Shown here piece by piece: positions 37,704 to 45,131 of a stretch of DNA of 45,131 bases. Under the pieces are notes generated by a model. That model saw only the letters and a list, made by a program, of their open reading frames with translations. It was not told the origin of the DNA and did no database searches. The translations under genes were made by a program, and so were the position numbers. The DNA lies in contig JBEKSS010000013.1 in NCBI GenBank assembly GCA_049516875.1, forward strand, positions 1-45,131, in the 5' to 3' direction. Source of the stretch: Candidatus Bathyarchaeia archaeon. GTDB taxonomy: Archaea; Thermoproteota; Bathyarchaeia; Bathyarchaeales; Bathycorpusculaceae. Position 1 is the stretch's first letter; every line of letters starts with the position of its first letter.

Positions 37704-38717
37704 CTAGTGTCCGCCGGCCCCATCAAGAATCTGCTGAAGAAGGGCGCGGCCCGCGTCGTCTTCTGAAACTAGGCCTGCCTTTGGCAAGCGCTTTAACACC
37801 TCAACCCAGTTCTTGTCCGCTGAAAAGACTTTCTTGAAGATCGGCAAGGCTTGATCGACCTTCCCTTTCATGGCCAGCGTTAACGCACTCCAAAACGCTA
37901 TCTCCACGTTGTCCCCAGCCAGCTTCATTGCTTCAGCGTACTCTTTCATGGCGCTCTCCACATCATTCTTCTCCATCGCAGCGTCGCCCGCGTTCATGTG
38001 GTCGTATGCACGCGCAACGTTGAGCAGGCGCCGTAGCTCTCTAAGAGGCTCCGGATGGTCTTCCACTCGCAGATCCACCGCGCGATCCGCCCAAGGCTTG
38101 CCGGAAGACTGCGCCTTGACCACTATCATCGCTGCTGACTGCTTGCCCCGGATGTCACCGCCCACTTCCTGCGCCGCTTCGAGAGCCGCCATCATCCGAT
38201 CAGCCAAATCGCCTCGGGTCATTTCAAACGCCTTGGCCATCGCCGGCGGCACCCTGTCATTCAGCATGAAGTTTGCTTGGACACTGTAACAGTCACCCGT
38301 CCTGTGTCCTGCGAACTCGACGCAACGTTTCCCAGTGTGAACTGCCACGCCACCCTTAGCATCGACCATAGCCACCTGTCGAACAGCCTCCCCGGAGTCG
38401 GCAGCGATCAGCTCCTTCAGTGCCTCAGGTGCAGACTTTCCGAGGCGCATGAGGCCCAATCCCTTCGGCCCGTATGATGGGTTCACAAAAGACTGCGTCG
38501 CCACAGCGCCCACACCAGCCTCAGCCCAGGACACGTCCGCTCCCACACTGAACCAGTGCGATTGCACGGCAACGCCCATCTCCCCGCTCTTCGGGTCACG
38601 CGCCACGATCGAAAAAGTGTGCAAAGGTCGCCCGAACCTCATCGGTTTCTCGTTTCGCACGCACGTGCGACCGCTCTTTTTTGTTTTGTGTTTCTCGTTT
38701 TCCTTACAATTTGGCAT
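37704..38717 (-). CDS. DUF1028 (Ntn-hydrolase-like) protein with C-terminal TPR
   Basis: TFSIVARD, GVAVQS, GVGAVATQS, RQV, HTG, GGD.RG.QSAA, DLRV.DH..PL.EL.RL. Start could be 38642. Confidence 0.88.
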   Translation of the reverse strand: MPNCKENEKHKTKKSGRTCVRNEKPMRFGRPLHTFSIVARDPKSGEMGVAVQSHWFSVGADVSWAEAGVGAVATQSFVNPSYGPKGLGLMRLGKSAPEALKELIAADSGEAVRQVAMVDAKGGVAVHTGKRCVEFAGHRTGDCYSVQANFMLNDRVPPAMAKAFEMTRGDLADRMMAALEAAQEVGGDIRGKQSAAMIVVKAQSSGKPWADRAVDLRVEDHPEPLRELRRLLNVARAYDHMNAGDAAMEKNDVESAMKEYAEAMKLAGDNVEIAFWSALTLAMKGKVDQALPIFKKVFSADKNWVEVLKRLPKAGLVSEDDAGRALLQQILDGAGGH

Positions 38718-38828
38718 AACGAAGACGACTCCTAGACACTTCAATACTTAACTTCTTTTCTTAAGGTTTAGTGAGCCGTTAACACAGTTTTAATGTTCAC
38801 CTAGGCTAACATGATGTTTGTGGAGTCA

Positions 38829-39305
38829 ATGATGGTTGATGTCAGAAAACTCTTGGAATACAATGAGAGTGTGAGACACAGATATTTTAGAAAACTCGCC
38901 AGACTGTCTTGGGAAGAGTTCACCAGAAATAGGGAAGCGAGCTTTCACTCAATCAGGAACATATTTGTCCACACTCTGGGCGCGATAGACTACTGGTTGG
39001 ATTTCCTGCAAAAAGAAAACCTTCATTCCAAAAGAAAATTCGAAGAATACAAAACCTTCGAAGAAGTCAGAGCATACATGGAACACGTTGAGAAACGAAT
39101 GCATGAATACCTTGACTCATTGCTGACTGAAGGACTCAACAAAACCTATACGGCCACGGGCGATGATGGCAAGACATTCGAAATAACAGCCGAAGACGTT
39201 CTAATTCACGTATTCGAAGAGGAGGTTCATCACAGAGGCGAATTGATTGCACTTCTTTGGCAAATGAACGTTGAACCGCCGCCGATGGGCTGGAAGGGAC
39301 TTTAG
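38829..39305 (+). CDS. DinB-family protein
   Basis: SIR..F.H, W, L.HV..EE.HHRGE...LL.Q....P. Confidence 0.9.
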   Translation: MMVDVRKLLEYNESVRHRYFRKLARLSWEEFTRNREASFHSIRNIFVHTLGAIDYWLDFLQKENLHSKRKFEEYKTFEEVRAYMEHVEKRMHEYLDSLLTEGLNKTYTATGDDGKTFEITAEDVLIHVFEEEVHHRGELIALLWQMNVEPPPMGWKGL

Positions 39306-39346
39306 ATGTGCGCATGCCATGCTGTGTTTGAGCGCTTGGGAATGTT

Positions 39347-39880
39347 TTAAAGAAAAGTGGAGGTTTTTGGCAGCGCTTTTCTCTGAGAACGTTTTGTCCT
39401 GTAAACAATGGCGGCCAGCAACGTCGCCACTGCAAAGAGCGGCAGGATGATAAGGGATGGAAACTCTGGCACCGTCTGGTTCACTGTAAACATGCCGAAC
39501 ATTATCGAGGGGTGAAAATTACAGCGGTACGTGAAGTTTCCGCTATTGGTTGCGTTAAATCCGAAAACAATGGTTCCTGAAAACTGTTGAGACGTGGGTT
39601 CACCCGCATCGGCAACGCTGTTATTGTTGTAATCGACAAAGAATTGATGCGGGAAGCCGTCTTGGCTTACGAGAGTTAAGTTCACATAATCGTTTTGAGT
39701 AACCGTGATAGTGGGTCCTGGACTACTGATATTATTGCTTGCAAAAGCCCAACCTCCGCCCGCAGAGCCGTAAAGCCTGAAATTCACTGTGTCTGCCTTC
39801 ACTTTTTCAGTATTGCCTGCCATCCCCAACGTTGCTGCAACAAGTGCTACAATCACAAGGAGTATAATCTTTCGAGACAT
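39347..39880 (-). CDS. Secreted type-1 blue-copper (cupredoxin) protein with PEF-type C-terminal sorting signal
   Basis: Signal peptide; PGPTITV; ligands H (PHQF) and YRC..H...M; VPEFP followed by a TM helix and basic tail. Confidence 0.85.
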   Translation of the reverse strand: MSRKIILLVIVALVAATLGMAGNTEKVKADTVNFRLYGSAGGGWAFASNNISSPGPTITVTQNDYVNLTLVSQDGFPHQFFVDYNNNSVADAGEPTSQQFSGTIVFGFNATNSGNFTYRCNFHPSIMFGMFTVNQTVPEFPSLIILPLFAVATLLAAIVYRTKRSQRKALPKTSTFL

Positions 39881-40109
39881 GTAATCACACCCTCTTTTGT
39901 AATCAAATGCACTGCGTGTGCTCTATCCAAGTTGCCTAATAGAATTCTATGGAATCGAGAATATAAATCTGTGTGACTGCTGGCCCACTGCAGCAGGCTT
40001 GCCAGTTCAGAGTTCGACGAAAATGTAGTACTCCTTCACAGTGTGTCATTATACTCCACGCGGACTTTTGGTCGGTTCTTTGAGCGCGCTCTCGAAACGC
40101 TGAGCGCCG

Positions 40110-41381
40110 TCAAGGTCTTCTCCTTAGCAGATACAAGAGCGAGACGGCAACGATGGCGGCTGCTGAAACAATCCATGATTCCATGGGTAATGAGAACATC
40201 AGAATGACGCAGCTAGCCAGTCCGAGAGAAGGAACCAGAGGGTACAAGGGAACTTTGAATGTCTTCAGGTTGGGAATCTTCTTTCTGAGTCTTATCGCGG
40301 CAGAGTGTAGGATTATATGAGTGGTGAGCATTGAGAAACTCGTTATTGCGGCCGCTTGTCTCAGATCTGAGACGAATGCTAGGACCGCCATCAACGCTCC
40401 AGTGATAAGGATGGAAAGGTACGGTGTTCCAAGTTTCGAGTGGATTTTCGCCAAGGATTTTGGGAACTGCCCGTTTCTTGCCATCGCAAACGAAACTCTG
40501 GATAGACCAAGCAGGTTTGTCAAAAGCACGCTTACAGTGGCAACAAGGGCTCCAAACGAAACGGTTGCAACTACCGCGAAGTTTCCAGTCGCCTTCGCAG
40601 CATAAGCAATCGGTGAGCCCGATCCAAATTTCGCAAGATTTCCGGAGTCCACCAAACCCGTCGCGACGAGGCCTGTCACGACGTACAGGATCATGGACGC
40701 TGCCAACGCGAGGAGTATCGCTAGGGGCAGCGTTCTCTTCGGGTTCTCTACTTCCTCGCCGAGGGCCGCTATTCTTCCGAAACCCAAGTACGCGAAGAAA
40801 ATAAATCCGGCCCCCTGAAGGATTCCGAAGAAGCCGTTCGGGGCAAAATTAGAATAGTTCTGTGGGTTCACATGAAAGACTCCGACCCCGACAAAAAAGC
40901 AGAGGATCACGATTTTTATCACGACTAAAACGTTGTTGACTCTGGCTGAATGTTTCATTCCCATGAGGTTCAAAACCGTCAAAGCCAACGCGGCTGAAAC
41001 AGCAACGATTTTCACCGGAAAGAACGGAAACAAACCTACAAAGTAGCTTGCCAATCCCAAGCAGACAGCTGCCCCTGCCACGGTTTGTGCAAACAGCCAC
41101 ATGCAACCCGAAATAAACCCTGCGAAAGGATGGATCATTTCATACGCAAACTCGTATGTTCCTCCTTCTTTCGGAATCGCCGAGCTGAGTTCGGAGAAGC
41201 TGAGCGCAGTGAACAAGGCGACCGTTCCTGCGATAATCATCGAAACGATAACCGCCGGACCCGCATAGCCCACGGCAATGCCCAGCACGACGAAAATTCC
41301 TGCACCGATTATTGCTCCGATGCCAATCGAGGTGGCATCGAAAAGGTTAAGAGTCCTCTTTAACTCCACCGTTTTCCCCAC
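40110..41381 (-). CDS. APC-family amino acid permease
   Basis: GAIIGAGIF, EL.S.IP..GG.Y, FFAY.GF, EE..NP.R.LP, SR..FAMAR.G..P. Confidence 0.93.
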   Translation of the reverse strand: MGKTVELKRTLNLFDATSIGIGAIIGAGIFVVLGIAVGYAGPAVIVSMIIAGTVALFTALSFSELSSAIPKEGGTYEFAYEMIHPFAGFISGCMWLFAQTVAGAAVCLGLASYFVGLFPFFPVKIVAVSAALALTVLNLMGMKHSARVNNVLVVIKIVILCFFVGVGVFHVNPQNYSNFAPNGFFGILQGAGFIFFAYLGFGRIAALGEEVENPKRTLPLAILLALAASMILYVVTGLVATGLVDSGNLAKFGSGSPIAYAAKATGNFAVVATVSFGALVATVSVLLTNLLGLSRVSFAMARNGQFPKSLAKIHSKLGTPYLSILITGALMAVLAFVSDLRQAAAITSFSMLTTHIILHSAAIRLRKKIPNLKTFKVPLYPLVPSLGLASCVILMFSLPMESWIVSAAAIVAVSLLYLLRRRP

Positions 41382-41695
41382 AACGAATCTGAAAACGGTT
41401 GTACTTATAACACATTCTGTGACCAGCGCGCTAATTTCGGAATTTGCTTTAAGCCTTTCTGAAGTGACTCGCGATTAGTTTTTTGCTGCTGGATTCCTAT
41501 CTCCTGATGGTTGCCCAAAAAAAGTCTATAACATTATGGTTGTCAATAACAATAACCCGAAACTGCGTATTCAGGTACATACTATTGAATTTTGAATCCA
41601 AGTCTGGGTTTAGGAGCAGAAATCAGGTCAATTGAGCCTCATCTTGAATACGTAAAAGGTTTATACTAAGAACTTGCAATGGTGAAGACACACAA

Positions 41696-42004
41696 ATGAA
41701 GGATTCCACTATGAGACGTTCTAAACTCGAGATGTACGTTGACATTCTCAAAGCGTTGGCTCATCGAGGACCCTTGAAACTAACGCATATAATGTACAAA
41801 GCAAACGTGAATTGTAGCGTTCTGAGAGAGTATCTGGACTTCTTAATCAAACAGAATCTTGTTGAAGAAAGAAATGTGGGAAAAAGTAGAACAGTCTTTG
41901 CTATAACTCAAAGAGGCATAACGGTACTCAAGTACTTCAGGGAACTGCAACAAATATTGCCAATCATTGAAGAAACAAGAAATATGGTCTCAACACCTAT
42001 TTGA
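41696..42004 (+). CDS. Archaeal winged-helix transcriptional regulator
   Basis: RRSKLE...DIL, T.IMYKAN.N, YL..L....L, IT.RG. BRE/TATA AAAAGGTTTATAC at about 41654-41666. Confidence 0.88.
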   Translation: MKDSTMRRSKLEMYVDILKALAHRGPLKLTHIMYKANVNCSVLREYLDFLIKQNLVEERNVGKSRTVFAITQRGITVLKYFRELQQILPIIEETRNMVSTPI

Positions 42005-42235
42005 TTTCATTCGGATCCAGCATTCAGCGCGCGCTTATCCTAGCGGTTCAAGATTTCACGTTGCTCTCATAAGTCTTAATCACATGCTCTCTTAGATTTC
42101 TGCACACTGGGATAGCCGGCTCAAACGATAAGTGCCGATTCTGCCTGAATAAGCCTTCTGATATCAGCAGATATTACCAGCGCGCGCAAAAAAGCATGGA
42201 ACGTTAATTGGCTTTTTAGGAATTACTAAAAAATG

Positions 42236-42299
42236 GTTTGGAACAGGTTTGTAACAATATTTTGGAACAAAAGCATGGGAAAAGCCGTTGTTTGTAACT
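42236..42299. repeat. Four TTTG(G/T)AAC direct repeats
   Basis: GTTTGGAACA 42236, GTTTGTAACA 42247, TTTTGGAACA 42260, GTTTGTAACT 42290. Confidence 0.55.
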
Positions 42300-42480
42300 T
42301 AGCGCGCGCGAAGCTAGAAAAGATCTTGGTTTTGCTGTGGATAAGATTATGCCTGCTTGTTGCGGTATACTTCGAAAACGAAACGCTGTTGAGGAAATAG
42401 CTGGGGGCATGATGGCCAACGGATCGTGACCCCAAATGCTATTAGGGGCTCGTAAAATACTTTGAGAACAGGTGGCCTGT

Positions 42481-43419
42481 TTGGCGTCGCATCCTGTCTT
42501 GAACGTTTCCACCCTGACGAAGTATTACGGGAACTTCAAGGCCTTGGACTCGGTTTCCTTCACGATCGACGAAGGCTGTGTGTACGGTTATCTCGGGCCA
42601 AACGGGGCTGGCAAAACAACCACTATAAGAATTATGCTGGGGCTCCTTAAGCCAAGTCAAGGGGAAGTTCAGATAGCTGGAGCAAATCCATCGAAGGATC
42701 CTGTTCATGCGCTCCGATCTGTTGGGTACGCTTCGGAACTTCCTGTGCTTCAACCTTTCTTCACTGCAGAGCAGCTGCTTGACCTTATGGGTAGAATGTT
42801 CGGGTTGCCTTCGCAGATCAGAAAAGAAAAGGCCAAGTCGCTCCTCGATCTTGTAGGTCTGAAAGAGTGGGCCAAGAAGAAGATAGGGAGCTACAGCAAG
42901 GGGATGGTTCAGAGACTTTCTGTCGCCGTTGCCCTCATCAACGATCCAATTATCCTGATTATGGACGAGCCTACCATAGGCATGGATCCAGAGGCTACAG
43001 CTCACTTCAGAAGTCTTTTCACAAGTCTTTCAAAGGAGGGCAAGACCATCTTTATTTCGTCTCATCTTTTGGACGAGGTTCAGCGAATCTGCACTCACAT
43101 TGGAATGATAAACAAGGGAAAAATCGTTTTCAGCGGCCCAATCGAACAGGTTTTGGACGCTTTCACTCAGCGATGGGTGGTGGAGGCCGAGCTCGAAAAA
43201 GTGACCGAAAACATAGTTTCAAGTCTCAAAGAGCTCGAGTCTGTAAACGACGTTAGAGTAGAAGAAAACAAACTGATAATAGAGCTGAAGGAGAAAAAGG
43301 ATGTGAGAGGCGAAATTTCTTCTGAAATCTTCAAGCAACAAGGCGTGTTGCTGAGCCTAAACCTCCACAAGGTTACGTTAGAAGACGTTTATTTCCAAGC
43401 TCTAAAAGGAGGTCAATAG
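42481..43419 (+). CDS. ABC transporter ATP-binding protein
   Basis: GPNGAGKTT, YSKGM.QR, DEPT.G.DP, SSH.L.EV. Confidence 0.93.
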   Translation: MASHPVLNVSTLTKYYGNFKALDSVSFTIDEGCVYGYLGPNGAGKTTTIRIMLGLLKPSQGEVQIAGANPSKDPVHALRSVGYASELPVLQPFFTAEQLLDLMGRMFGLPSQIRKEKAKSLLDLVGLKEWAKKKIGSYSKGMVQRLSVAVALINDPIILIMDEPTIGMDPEATAHFRSLFTSLSKEGKTIFISSHLLDEVQRICTHIGMINKGKIVFSGPIEQVLDAFTQRWVVEAELEKVTENIVSSLKELESVNDVRVEENKLIIELKEKKDVRGEISSEIFKQQGVLLSLNLHKVTLEDVYFQALKGGQ

Positions 43420-43420
43420 C

Positions 43421-44233
43421 ATGGGTGCGCTTGGAAGGATTGGCACTATTATTGGCTATGAGTGGAGGAGAGCCCTAGCCAAAAAGAAAATTCTCGCTCT
43501 TGTAATTCTGGCCATAGCATTTCAAACATTGGTAACAGTTGGTATTTATGAGGCGTATCGGTTTATAGGCACGACGTTCTTGGGCAGTGAGAATGTCTTC
43601 GTGTGGATTTTAGTCGTGCTGGAAGGCCTGCTGTTTGTTCAGTTAATAGCCATCATAGTTGCTGGTGGTTCAATGTCTGAAGAATATGAACACGGAACTG
43701 CTGACGTGTTGCTCTCCAAACCGATTACTCGGCTTGAGTACATTCTCGGGAAGTTCTTGGGCGGATTCTCTTTGTTGGCCATGGTTGAAGCCTTGATAAC
43801 CTTTGTAGGCGTAGCCCTTTCACTCGTGTTCTTTGGTGCACAGAGCGGTCTGCAATTTGCTCCGTTAATGTTTTTGGCCATTGTGTATTCTTCTCTCATT
43901 TTCTTCTGTTTATCGTTCATGTTCAGCGAAGTCTTCAGAGGAACTACTCTCGCAATGCTGTTAGCCTTGGCAATACTTTTCGCTTCATATATTATAAGCC
44001 CGATCTTAACCTTTGTCTACGGCATAAGCACACGGGCCATTCCAATATGGGCCGCAACAAGCTTCCCATCGCTTGTCATGAGTGAACTGGTAACTGCATC
44101 CAGTGTGCTTCCTGCAGCTGACCTTGGGGCTCTTTCCCAAGCGGCGTTGATTATAGCCCTCTACACTATTGCATTTGTTCTAATAGCAGTGTACAGGCTT
44201 CTCAAGTCGGATGTTGCAAAGAAAACAGCCTAA
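43421..44233 (+). CDS. ABC-2 type permease
   Basis: SEEYE.GT...LLSKP.TR....LGKF; about 6 TM segments. Confidence 0.9.
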   Translation: MGALGRIGTIIGYEWRRALAKKKILALVILAIAFQTLVTVGIYEAYRFIGTTFLGSENVFVWILVVLEGLLFVQLIAIIVAGGSMSEEYEHGTADVLLSKPITRLEYILGKFLGGFSLLAMVEALITFVGVALSLVFFGAQSGLQFAPLMFLAIVYSSLIFFCLSFMFSEVFRGTTLAMLLALAILFASYIISPILTFVYGISTRAIPIWAATSFPSLVMSELVTASSVLPAADLGALSQAALIIALYTIAFVLIAVYRLLKSDVAKKTA

Positions 44234-44480
44234 ATGCGCGCGCTAGAGTGAAAGCCCCAACAATCTGGATATGCCCAAAGGTCCAGAGCATTCTCCAAAA
44301 AAAGTCACTAGGTCAAAAATGCCCGAAGGATCGACATGTTTTACGGTCGATTCAAGGTCAGCCTTATAAGAAGCTCCTCTTCTTAGGCAAGGGGCAAGGC
44401 TACAGTATGAAAGGGAAAGAAGACGCGACCAACTGTTTTGCCAGACATCATTAAGGTGCGCGCGCGTGTAAGGAATTGCT

Positions 44481-45131
44481 ATGGCAGATCCACTCCTGTT
44501 TGCTTTCGTGGTTGGGATGATTGCCATTTTGGTGGCGTCATATATTACTCGTTGGATTCTCAAACGTGATTCTGGTAGCGCTCGTATGCAAGAGGTGAGC
44601 AGGTATATTGTGATAGGAACAAGCGCTTACATCAAGAGACAATTAGGGACAATCATTCTTGTCATTCCCTGGTTGGCGTTAATAATTCTCTTTCTTTTCA
44701 ATTGGACTACTTCATTGGCTTTCGTGTGCGGTGTCCTTCTCTCTCTATTGGCGGGGTACGTTGGCATGAACGTCGCAGTTAGAGCCAACGTGAGAACCGC
44801 GAGTGCCGCTACGCGTTCACCTGGGGCAACTCTGAGAACAGGCTTTTTGGGGGGTGCGGTTATGGGTCTGGCAGTTCCAGGGATAAGTTTGGTTGCGTTG
44901 TTCCTATTGCGAGTAGCCTTGAATGATATTCCGGCGCTTGTTGGATTTGGATTTGGAGCAAGCCTAGCGGCATTGTTTGCGCAAATCGGAGGTGGCATAT
45001 ATACAAAGTCGGCTGACATTGGGGCCGATTTGGTGGGTAAGATCGAAATGGAGATCCCTGAGGACGACCCAAGAAATCCGGCTGTGGTCGCTGATTTGGT
45101 TGGCGACAACGTGGGCGATTGCGCGGGGCGA
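44481..45131 (+). CDS. hppA: Membrane H+/Na+-translocating pyrophosphatase, partial (runs off the window)
   Basis: Manual translation: GM..AVRAN.RTA, GGAVMGL, GFGFGASL.ALFAQ.GGGIYTKSADIGADLVGK.E..IPEDDPRNPAV.ADLVGDNVGDCAG. Absent from the ORF track because there is no stop. Confidence 0.96.
   Translation, partial: MADPLLFAFVVGMIAILVASYITRWILKRDSGSARMQEVSRYIVIGTSAYIKRQLGTIILVIPWLALIILFLFNWTTSLAFVCGVLLSLLAGYVGMNVAVRANVRTASAATRSPGATLRTGFLGGAVMGLAVPGISLVALFLLRVALNDIPALVGFGFGASLAALFAQIGGGIYTKSADIGADLVGKIEMEIPEDDPRNPAVVADLVGDNVGDCAGR

Larger units (their letters stand above)
125..44466. repeat. Dispersed palindromic (GC)3-5 junction motif, approximate consensus YAGCGCGCGCT
   Basis: Copies at 125, 1075, 21299, 22633, 25425, 26994, 28683, 30083, 30961, 31112, 40084, 41426, 42027, 42180, 42302, 44236, 44458. 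Variants at 23734, 32966, 37565. Confidence 0.85.

Noticed and set aside
24636-39316. Shorter TGCGCA-type runs (about 24637, 26931, 31558, 39309)
   Set aside because: Also intergenic, but too short to distinguish from chance without statistics. Excluded from the motif count.
3078-43920. Numerous overlapping or antisense ORFs of 60-200 aa inside recognised genes
   Set aside because: No motifs, and fully explained as shadows of well-supported CDSs.
44627-45109. 160-aa minus-strand ORF
   Set aside because: Antisense shadow of hppA.

Overview
Archaeal chromosomal window, most consistent with Bathyarchaeia. This is inferred from L35Ae, Alba, a Zn-ribbon Cren7-like protein, a class I CCA enzyme, a PEF-type sorting tail and GGTGA/GGAGG SD sites with TATA boxes. 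Layout: (1) 0.1-1.5 kb decayed AT-rich patch with an antitoxin-like ORF, a tRNA 3'-end fragment and a YHS pseudogene. (2) Chromatin/repair block: alba, an unannotated 56-aa Cren7-like gene, Lhr helicase, a Cys-rich protein and an aKMT-like lysine methyltransferase. (3) A decaying ArsR-ABC operon. (4) Housekeeping and tRNA-maturation block: rnz, trm11, prs, class II HMGR, MBL nuclease, DUF54, UPF0200, thpR, cca, uppP. (5) Accessory gene strings at 20.7-31.1 kb and 37.6-44.5 kb around rpl35ae, an SSB-like gene, DtxR-feoB and a radical SAM gene, ending in a partial hppA. The most striking signal is a short palindromic (GC)3-5 motif, roughly YAGCGCGCGCT. It sits at most gene or cassette junctions of the accessory strings and is nearly absent from the housekeeping block, suggesting an undescribed junction or recombination motif. 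No rRNA, intact tRNA, CRISPR array, integrase or transposase was seen. All calls were made by eye; no searches were run.
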